Part shown: piece by piece, positions 57,272 to 64,000 of the stretch
Position numbering within the stretch: position 1 is the first letter of the stretch
Layout of the letters: every line of letters starts with the position of its first letter
IMG/VR virus record: IMGVR_UViG_3300043539_001475
Span: 37,211 to 101,210 of that record
Source: a virus
Direction: 5' to 3' (one strand)
DNA length: 64,000 nt
Notes under the pieces: generated by a model
What the model saw: only the letters and a program-made list of their open reading frames with translations
Databases searched by the model: none
What the model was told of the DNA's origin: nothing
Made by a program: the position numbers and the translations under genes

Positions 57272-58150
57272 CTAGGTGTTCTCATTTAGCCATTTATATA
57301 ATTTATATATCTGTTCTTTAGTTAAATTATCTTTGCAGGTGTATTCATTTTCGGGATAAGATAAAATTAAATTTGCAGGGAAACGACCTATAGGATTTGA
57401 TGGGGTTGCCTTGTCTTCTGCAAATGCTGAATATATCTTATCAGGACTATCAGAATAGTTAGTTGTTGGATTTTTAGATGCTTTATTATCCATAATTTCC
57501 TTATCTTCTTGAGAGCTTTCAACTCGACTACCATCAATATCAATTCCTCCAGTTCCCCATTTCAAGACATTTAAAGCAACTGTTTTTTCGGATAAAGGCT
57601 TTCTTGCCATAGTTATTGGCTCTAATGCTGGTTTTAAAGCTGTACCCCAACCTTCCCATTCAGAGTTTCCTTTGGTTAATTTTTCTACTCCATATCCAAA
57701 TTGTTTTTCATTATTTCTATTTGCTTCATCTGCTAAATAACCACTACCATTTAGTTTCGCTTTCTGAACATCGCCACGTTTTATTTCCCCAACAACTTCC
57801 CTTTCATTTCCTTGCAAGGCATCAACAGCTTTTCCAATATTCAAACTTTTAGGGAAGCCCGAACCGTAAACCCAAGCTATCATATCCCTAATTTCAAATC
57901 CCGCATCTTCTATTCTTACAGCCATACGATGTTGCGTTCTAGTTCCTGCAAAAGCTAATAAGTAACCTCCATGCTTTAAAACTCTCAAACACTCTTTCCA
58001 TATCTCTTCACTAGGAACGTCATAATCCCATTTCTTACCCATAAATGATAGTCCATAAGGAGGGTCTGTTACAATTGCATCTACTGAATTATCTTCGAGC
58101 TTTTTAAGCTCTTCTAAACAATCCCCGTGCATGATTTTTTCTAACTTCAT
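57272..58150 (-). CDS. N4/N6 DNA methyltransferase, N-terminal part
   Basis: GDC, VTDPPYG, RVLK.GG, GSGFPKS, ALKPA.EP, RFPAN. Confidence 0.9.
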   Translation of the reverse strand: MKLEKIMHGDCLEELKKLEDNSVDAIVTDPPYGLSFMGKKWDYDVPSEEIWKECLRVLKHGGYLLAFAGTRTQHRMAVRIEDAGFEIRDMIAWVYGSGFPKSLNIGKAVDALQGNEREVVGEIKRGDVQKAKLNGSGYLADEANRNNEKQFGYGVEKLTKGNSEWEGWGTALKPALEPITMARKPLSEKTVALNVLKWGTGGIDIDGSRVESSQEDKEIMDNKASKNPTTNYSDSPDKIYSAFAEDKATPSNPIGRFPANLILSYPENEYTCKDNLTKEQIYKLYKWLNENT

Positions 58151-58362
58151 TTTTTATAGTTTTTTAAAAATATTAATTCTCCGTTAATTCCTTTTCTTAT
58201 GATGATGTAGTTGTCTTTGTAGAGCTGATTAAGTATTGGTTTTAGTTGTACAATAGTTATATCTAGGCATTTACTTATATGGTTTAGGCTAGTACCGCTA
58301 CTGTTGTTACTTAAAGATTGTCTATTTAATATTAACTCCTTGGCTTGGTCGTACAGCTCCAT
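58147..58362 (-). CDS. Small winged-HTH-like protein
   Basis: Helix-turn-helix spacing then RKGING wing. Confidence 0.55.
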   Translation of the reverse strand: MELYDQAKELILNRQSLSNNSSGTSLNHISKCLDITIVQLKPILNQLYKDNYIIIRKGINGELIFLKNYKK

Positions 58363-58809
58363 TTATTTAAGTAGTTCTTGATTTTGATAAATATTTCCGA
58401 TAACTTCGTATTCATATCCCCAATGTTTTCTAATTTTTTGAATGTTTGACTTATAGGCTAACGCAAACCGACTACATTCACTATCCCATATTATTTCACA
58501 AACATCAGTAACATATTTATGAGAGCTTGGTATTTGCCAATTTCCTTGAGAACGAGTAAAATTCACTATGTCTCCTTCATAAACATCAACCCCATTTTTA
58601 TCTTTTAGTCCTATGAACTGCATAATTTTTAAATCATCCCATTTTTTATCATCTTTATTAAATAAAAAAGACTCAAAAACACCTACCCATTCCCCAAATA
58701 ATACACATTCTCCCGTTAGGCTAAATCCACCTAAATTTTTATACTCATAACGTAATAGCCATTTTTTATTTAAGTCATCCCATGCCCTAAATTTTATTTC
58801 TCTCACCAT
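58363..58809 (-). CDS. YopX-family protein
   Basis: REIKFRAWD, MQF.GLKDKNG...YEGDIV, EVIGNIY. Confidence 0.9.
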   Translation of the reverse strand: MVREIKFRAWDDLNKKWLLRYEYKNLGGFSLTGECVLFGEWVGVFESFLFNKDDKKWDDLKIMQFIGLKDKNGVDVYEGDIVNFTRSQGNWQIPSSHKYVTDVCEIIWDSECSRFALAYKSNIQKIRKHWGYEYEVIGNIYQNQELLK

Positions 58810-58815
58810 TTTATT

Positions 58816-58938
58816 TTAAACGCTTAAATGACTAATTACTATCCACCAAAATATTAAAGCAAACAAAACCTGCGCAATCAAAATCCAACCGTACATTGGA
58901 TAGTCTTTTTCGATTAATTTATACTCTTTCTTGGTCAT
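58816..58938 (-). CDS. 40-aa TM protein (not in ORF track)
   Basis: MTKKEYKLIEKDYPMYGWILIAQVLFALIFWWIVISHLSV. Confidence 0.55.
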   Translation of the reverse strand: MTKKEYKLIEKDYPMYGWILIAQVLFALIFWWIVISHLSV

Positions 58939-59138
58939 GGCGTGTTTATATTTCTGTAATCTGTGTATGGGTACATTTTACCGCTAAATGATTCTGCGTA
59001 ATCGCAATCTGTGCATTGATGTGGGTATATTGGAGGGTATGATGCAAGAACACTGCCAACTGGTCTTAGATAACCGTCCTTGCATTTAGGACACTTGTAG
59101 TCAATCCTTACGGTTTTAACTTCTTTAATTTCTTCCAT
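58935..59138 (-). CDS. Zn-ribbon protein
   Basis: CPKC..CTDC. Confidence 0.7.
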   Translation of the reverse strand: MEEIKEVKTVRIDYKCPKCKDGYLRPVGSVLASYPPIYPHQCTDCDYAESFSGKMYPYTDYRNINTP

Positions 59139-59162
59139 AGTTTTTTGTTGTTAATTGGTTTG

Positions 59163-59518
59163 TGGAGGCGGGGAGATTCGAACTCCCGTCCAAACAACTT
59201 TGGTTATTACAATTTATACAGCTTTTTTTGATACGATTTTAAAGTTGTAGTATCATTCAACTAGGGTCTACTGTTAAAAGTAAACAAACCACCACCTGAT
59301 TTAATCTAATCAGGAAATCCTTTTAATGTTTAGGCTACTAATTGTAGTTCTTCAACATTAGGGTTAATCAATGAAAAAACTTTGCTCATGTTAGCGTTAA
59401 CTTGGTCAACATCTAACGAAATTACTTTGTTGTCATTTATTAAATTCACCTTAGTTTACAGTTATCTCTCTGGCTGATTGTAATAATTAGTGGTTGTCTG
59501 TCAAATCCAGTCGCCCCC
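59163..59518 (-). ncRNA. ssrA: tmRNA (356 nt)
   Basis: 5' GGGGGCGACTGGATTTGAC; 3' GACGGGAGTTCGAATCTCCCCGCCTCCA; acceptor stem with G3-U70; ATAAAT-GAC resume site; tag ORF 59434-59330. Confidence 0.93.
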
Positions 59519-59530
59519 TTTTTTAAAAAT

Positions 59531-59560
59531 ACCAAAGCGGATTTTTAAGTCCGCTAAGGT
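59531..59560 (-). terminator. Hairpin between the DUF932 gene and the tmRNA 5' end
   Basis: AGCGGA/TCCGCT stem. Confidence 0.55.
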
Positions 59561-59574
59561 ATTAAATTTAATTC

Positions 59575-60483
59575 TTAAATAGAAACTGAAACGGGTTTTG
59601 GTAAAGAATCTACGATGATGTTGTAGGCATTTAAGTTCTTTCTGTAACCGCTACCAATCATCACGTTTTCAAGACTTTTCCCATCCTTTACATCTTGGTG
59701 GTTAGTCTTCCATGTAACAGCATTGAATAAGCCCCATAAGGTATGTCCGTGAGAGTTTAATTCGCTATCCAAAATCTCTTTGAACTTGGATATTTCGTTA
59801 ACCTTTCTAGTTGAAAATTCAGAAGTTTCCTTATCGAAATCAACTACGTCAAAGTCAAACAAATCAGCTATAACCCTTTTGGTAACAGCAGTACTAATTT
59901 TAACGTCAGCCATCCTTTTGTAGTTATCCATAAGACCACATTCAATTCTTAAAATATCGTTGATTTTCTTTCTTGCTAATTCTATTCTTGAAGAAGCAGA
60001 AGCAGTGTGTCTAAATCTAGTTACATCCTTCATAGCAAGGTGAAATGTGTTTTGACAAACCACAACCTTATTAGTAAAGCCAAATCCAATAGAAGAACTA
60101 CCATCGTGACTATTAAGACCAGTAACGTATCTTTCAATCGTGTCGTTAGCTACAATAGTGTCAGGCAATTGAGCTTGATAATAAACCTTTTTACCGTTAT
60201 ACAAGGAACCACCTCTAAACTTTTCAGTAATGTCCATAGAAGCTTCAATAATGTTTTCAGCTAATGCAGAATTTTGCATTGTTTGATACTGTTTTCCAAC
60301 AGTTCCTAGCCAAAGGTTATTATCATTACGATAGATACCAAAGCTTTCAGTAGGATAGCCGTCATCACATTTTAAAGGCTTTTTGGTTACGCTCCAATTG
60401 GTTTGAGTAGCATTTAATAAGTCAAATGTTTTATTAAACACTTGCTCTTTAGTTTCATTAGGGATTTCATTCATAGTTTCCAT
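59575..60483 (-). CDS. DUF932 (phage/plasmid-like) protein
   Basis: LG.VG..Y...QN, NSHDGS, VVC.NT, RHT, TLWGLFNAVT. Confidence 0.85.
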   Translation of the reverse strand: METMNEIPNETKEQVFNKTFDLLNATQTNWSVTKKPLKCDDGYPTESFGIYRNDNNLWLGTVGKQYQTMQNSALAENIIEASMDITEKFRGGSLYNGKKVYYQAQLPDTIVANDTIERYVTGLNSHDGSSSIGFGFTNKVVVCQNTFHLAMKDVTRFRHTASASSRIELARKKINDILRIECGLMDNYKRMADVKISTAVTKRVIADLFDFDVVDFDKETSEFSTRKVNEISKFKEILDSELNSHGHTLWGLFNAVTWKTNHQDVKDGKSLENVMIGSGYRKNLNAYNIIVDSLPKPVSVSI

Positions 60484-60521
60484 AGTTTTAAAATTTTGTT
60501 GTTAGTTTAAATTTTCTTTAG

Positions 60522-60563
60522 CAAAGATAAAAAAGTATTTTGGTTCTACAAGTTTTTGGTTCG
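60522..60563 (-). promoter_or_regulatory. Early promoter with GAACCAAAA direct repeat (copy 1)
   Basis: CTTG-19 nt-TATCTTTG; 26 bp identical to 62308-62333. Confidence 0.7.
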
Positions 60564-60588
60564 TTTTTTTTATTTATTTTTGATTTAA

Positions 60589-61029
60589 TTACTCTCCTTT
60601 AAATTTAAGTTTATATTTATCCATTAATTGTTGTAATTCACAAAGTGACATTACACCAATATGACGAAATTTATAAATTTCTAATCTTCTAAATTCAGAA
60701 ACTTGACCTAAATACATAATATCAGCAACTCTTAAAGAGTTTTTAAGTCGATTAGACATATCAATTTCTTCTATAGTTATTGCATTAGCATTAATAAAAT
60801 GTCTATCTATTTTTTCGTTAATCGCTTCTGCAATAAACCTACCCATTTCATCTTGAAAATCATTTGCTTCATTCACATCTTTACAAAGTTTTAGAATACT
60901 TCTATAACCACATATTGTAGCAATTAATTCAGTATTTGTATTTTTATCGTTTTTCCCCCAAATGCAATTTCCTCCCAAATGTATATTGTAATCAACTTTA
61001 CCTATAAAATTTACGACTCTATTTTCCAT
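60589..61029 (-). CDS. Protein with RNA polymerase alpha-CTD-like domain
   Basis: IEEIDMSNRLKNSL..A.I..LG........KFRHIG..SL.EL. Confidence 0.75.
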   Translation of the reverse strand: MENRVVNFIGKVDYNIHLGGNCIWGKNDKNTNTELIATICGYRSILKLCKDVNEANDFQDEMGRFIAEAINEKIDRHFINANAITIEEIDMSNRLKNSLRVADIMYLGQVSEFRRLEIYKFRHIGVMSLCELQQLMDKYKLKFKGE

Positions 61030-61031
61030 AA

Positions 61032-61655
61032 TTATTCTTGATTATAAGTTAACATATAAAATTCCGATTTAGCTATTTGCTTGTAGCCGTTTTTTTTGTA
61101 AAAATTAATTACTTTTTTCATTTTTAAGTCAAAATCTTTTGGCTTATAATCTTCCTTTGATTTTTTATTAAACTCTAAAGGGAATGGTATAACTGCAATA
61201 TAATCAACATCAAACTTGTCATGTAATTCTTTTAAGACCATTGAGCCAATACCCGAACCTTGATAGTCGTTAAATATATTTAATTTTTCTAAATAAGCAA
61301 CCTTGTCGTATAATAATCCACAATCAAATTTTTTAAGAAAAAAAGCTTTGTATAAGTCTGAATTATAATATCTATTAAATATAAATTTTGAATTGGAAAT
61401 AACTTCAAAAAGATTAAAAATTTGCCCATCACTATCTATAATATCTGAAAAGTCAAAATCTAAGTCATAGGGATAATTCGCATACTTACAAAAATCTAAA
61501 ATCTTTATATGACCTTCTCCCACTTTATATTCAACACCATCATCATCCTCATCATAAATGTTAAAAAAAATATCATCGATAAAGTCTTCTGGCATATAAT
61601 CATGGTGTTTACCAAAAAATACTGAGTGTTGATAATTAATTCTAAAATAAGCCAT
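61032..61655 (-). CDS. GNAT-fold acetyltransferase-like protein
   Basis: YQGSGIG and FY.K.GY. Confidence 0.7.
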   Translation of the reverse strand: MAYFRINYQHSVFFGKHHDYMPEDFIDDIFFNIYDEDDDGVEYKVGEGHIKILDFCKYANYPYDLDFDFSDIIDSDGQIFNLFEVISNSKFIFNRYYNSDLYKAFFLKKFDCGLLYDKVAYLEKLNIFNDYQGSGIGSMVLKELHDKFDVDYIAVIPFPLEFNKKSKEDYKPKDFDLKMKKVINFYKKNGYKQIAKSEFYMLTYNQE

Positions 61656-61657
61656 AA

Positions 61658-62062
61658 TTATTCTTGATTTTTAATTGTTAGTTCTTTTCCAGTTAATGCA
61701 AAGTATAGGTTTTGAAGTTGGTGGACATTTTTGAACAAACTTAAATCTGGACAAAACCCAAAGTCGTTTTTTTTCAAGTGGATAGCTAAGCTAAAATCAT
61801 TATCATCATCATAATAATTCAATATGAAACCATTGATTTCTAAATTATATTCGACCCCATCGTAAATATCACTGTTAAATACTTTTTTTTCAAATCCAAA
61901 ATTCAACAACCATCCTTCTGTTAGTGGGATAGGGTTTAAGTCAGAAATAAATCCAATATCTCCACATTTAAAAGCAACTTCTACTTCTAATATTTGTGAT
62001 ATTTTCGCTATTTCAAAATTCCAATTAACCAAATTACCTAATCTTAATTCGTTTGCTTTCAT
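61658..62062 (-). CDS. Conserved Bacteroidota-phage protein
   Basis: ELR.GN, PIPLTE.WL..FGF, VHQLQNLY.ALTG.EL; ATG at 62062 preferred. Confidence 0.8.
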   Translation of the reverse strand: MKANELRLGNLVNWNFEIAKISQILEVEVAFKCGDIGFISDLNPIPLTEGWLLNFGFEKKVFNSDIYDGVEYNLEINGFILNYYDDDNDFSLAIHLKKNDFGFCPDLSLFKNVHQLQNLYFALTGKELTIKNQE

Positions 62063-62070
62063 AGTTGTTA

Positions 62071-62253
62071 TTATTTTCGCTCTGAAGCTTTCATTATTAT
62101 TTGCATGACTAGAAATATCCAACTAAGTAATAATGAAAATATTACTATAATTGGTTGAAAACCTCCGCAAAACAAATTATCTTTGTTTTCAAATTTCCAA
62201 AAAATGTAATTTATTATAGCTCCTAAAAGCCAAAAAAGCATGAATGTACCCAT
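62071..62253 (-). CDS. Small 2-TM protein
   Basis: ORF directly downstream of promoter copy 2. Confidence 0.65.
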   Translation of the reverse strand: MGTFMLFWLLGAIINYIFWKFENKDNLFCGGFQPIIVIFSLLLSWIFLVMQIIMKASERK

Positions 62254-62292
62254 AGGTTTAAAATTTTATTTTTAGTTTGTTTTTTATTTCGT

Positions 62293-62389
62293 CAAAGTTA
62301 AAAAGTTTTTTGGTTCTACAAGTTTTTGGTTCGCTTTTTTTTGTTAAAATTTACTTAAATCTTTTTTATAAATATTTTATTTATATTTG
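62293..62389. promoter_or_regulatory. Divergent promoters
   Basis: - strand CTTG-18 nt-TAACTTTG with the repeated box; + strand TATATTTG at 62382-62389. Confidence 0.65.
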
Positions 62390-62411
62390 CCTAAATAATA
62401 AACAATTAAAA

Positions 62412-62777
62412 ATGGGAAATATAAAAAAAATAGGGATATTTGTAGGTGTAGCTGGCGCTATTGCAGTCGGTTATTATTTATTAAAAAAAACAAAACCTAA
62501 AGTAGCAGAAAAACAACTTTCTCAGTTAAATGCAAATGAGAAGAGTTCAATACAAAAAGATTTATCTGTCGCAAATTCAACTAAAACTGAAGGAAGTGGT
62601 CGAACATCTGTTGCGGATACCTCTTTAGGATTACAGCCTACTGTAACAAATACAACGAGAAATTCAACCGTAAATCCAACTTACACACCAACAAGTACTA
62701 CAACTTCAACAAGAAGCACATCGAGTACAACTCCTAGGGCTACTAATTCAACGATAAGAGTAGGTGGAAGAAGATAG
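62412..62777 (+). CDS. Orphan relative of the array genes (N-TM, SVADTSLGLQP)
   Basis: ATG at 62412 preferred. Confidence 0.75.
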   Translation: MGNIKKIGIFVGVAGAIAVGYYLLKKTKPKVAEKQLSQLNANEKSSIQKDLSVANSTKTEGSGRTSVADTSLGLQPTVTNTTRNSTVNPTYTPTSTTTSTRSTSSTTPRATNSTIRVGGRR

Positions 62778-62813
62778 CTTCAAATATAATATTGGTAAAT
62801 AAAAAATTAAAAA

Positions 62814-63371
62814 ATGGCAACAACAAGAAGGGTAATGGCGGTTGGTACAAGAGGAGGAGTATCATCATCAACAAGAAGTCCTGCAATGGTTCTTAATATG
62901 CTTAACCCAGTAACAAACAAACCTTTTACTGATAGAGGGGCAGGAGATATAAGTGAGTGGTTTATTTATGACCAAATTACTAAACCATATTTAGACAATG
63001 ATTATAAAACTGGTGTAGTACAAGTTAGGTCTAATAATTGCATTGACCTAGATATAGATTTAAAAAGAATAACTGAAGAAATAGCAAAATACACCAAAAT
63101 CCAAGCAGGATTTCCGCAAGAAGGAACTAAAATAGAAATTGAATTTTTAGCTTATGCAAAAAATTTAATTTCAACCAAGTTTAATGGTTATAGCTGTTTG
63201 GATAAAATAGAGGAGACCAGACTTGATGAAACTGCAAAAATAGCTACCATAACGTCAATAGAATCTGAAAAAACAGTTTTAGGAAAGTCAGATTTAGAAA
63301 CTAAGATTTACATATTAATAGGGTCTGCCGTTTTAATAACCACAGTATTAATTCTAACTAATGAAAAATGA
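62814..63371 (+). CDS. Paralog of 29724
   Basis: Shared Cys pair and tail. Confidence 0.8.
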   Translation: MATTRRVMAVGTRGGVSSSTRSPAMVLNMLNPVTNKPFTDRGAGDISEWFIYDQITKPYLDNDYKTGVVQVRSNNCIDLDIDLKRITEEIAKYTKIQAGFPQEGTKIEIEFLAYAKNLISTKFNGYSCLDKIEETRLDETAKIATITSIESEKTVLGKSDLETKIYILIGSAVLITTVLILTNEK

Positions 63372-63829
63372 TAAAATTATCTGAATGTCAATCATCGAGA
63401 AATGAGTGGGAAAGACATGGAACTAATCCACCAAAAGAATTACAAATATATGTGCAGAATATTAAAAAAAAATATCAAGATGCGGGTTGCGGTAAAGATG
63501 TTTTATTAGAAAAATGTAAGTGGCAGGAAGCATATATTCAAAATATAAGAAACTCAATAGAAGAGTTTACATATCAAAATAACCCATCTCGTGTACAAGC
63601 CTCTTCCAAAAGTTTAGCAGAAGCAGAAGCAGAACTTAAAAAATTAGATTGTGCTAAAAAAATAGAAGAAAATAAACAAGTAGCTGTTAAAAGCACAATA
63701 AATAAATACTCGGCTCTTGATGAAGAAAGAATACAAGCTGAAATTAAATATCAGACTAATGTTAGAATATTTATAGGTGCTAGTGTTTTAGTTTTAGCCT
63801 TAACAATAATATTAGTTAATAGGAAATAA
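63368..63829 (+). CDS. Paralog of 30095
   Basis: Shared C-terminal half; four Cys. Confidence 0.8.
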   Translation: MIKLSECQSSRNEWERHGTNPPKELQIYVQNIKKKYQDAGCGKDVLLEKCKWQEAYIQNIRNSIEEFTYQNNPSRVQASSKSLAEAEAELKKLDCAKKIEENKQVAVKSTINKYSALDEERIQAEIKYQTNVRIFIGASVLVLALTIILVNRK

Positions 63830-63900
63830 TGTTAAAAAATAAAATTAATTTCATCTTATCCCCTTAATCTCCCCCCTTCCAATACCCCAAATCCACAAAA

Positions 63901-63960
63901 AATACCTCAAAATACCTCAAAATACCTCAAAATACCTCAAAAAACTTCAAAAACCATCAA
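63901..63960. repeat. 10-bp tandem repeat (AATACCTCAA)x4 plus two degenerate copies
   Basis: Read directly; within a C-rich, G-poor non-coding tract. Confidence 0.95.
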
Positions 63961-64000
63961 AAAAGTTTTTCCCACGAAGTTCCCAAAAATGATTGTAACG

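Noticed and set aside
57223-57360. Intein, group I intron or programmed frameshift joining the MTase halves
   Set aside because: No C/S..HN intein ends, too short and unstructured for a group I core, and the 10-nt frame overlap has no slippery site
59163-59518. Host ssrA used as a prophage attachment site
   Set aside because: Both flanks are viral-type genes; no integrase or duplicated 3' end is visible in the window
62277-62411. N-terminal extension of the 62277 ORF
   Set aside because: The region contains divergent promoters; ATG at 62412 gives the typical TM start
1-64000. Eukaryotic giant virus or cellular chromosome origin
   Set aside because: Peptidoglycan hydrolases, holin cassette, tmRNA, intrinsic terminators and Bacteroidota promoters indicate a bacterial virus; no housekeeping genes are present

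Overview
This is an AT-rich, gene-dense 64-kb segment of a large bacterial virus genome. The host is probably Bacteroidota (Flavobacteriales-like): there are TTTG/TAnnTTTG promoters, A-rich leaders without Shine-Dalgarno motifs, and a CarboxypepD_reg-like domain. The + strand block (1-48586) is structural/lysis. It carries about 50 small single-pass membrane proteins (whole window), four different peptidoglycan hydrolases, an FtsK/HerA (A32/P9-type) ATPase, a candidate beta-rich major capsid protein with a distant paralog, a holin-endolysin-PAS sensor-spanin cassette, a 12-gene array of mosaic paralogs with variable centres, three Gly/Cys-rich fibre genes, and a sulfotransferase/APS kinase/GT9 module. 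The - strand block (48719-62253) is early/replication-like: RecT with a Cas4-like exonuclease, a minimal PolB-like protein, a split DNA methyltransferase, YopX, DUF932, an RpoA-CTD-like protein, a GNAT and a complete tmRNA with a 34-codon tag. I recognise no terminase, portal, HK97 capsid or tape measure gene in the window. The best-supported reading (inference) is an unusually large tailless, membrane-containing virus. All family assignments are from motifs read by eye; no searches were run.
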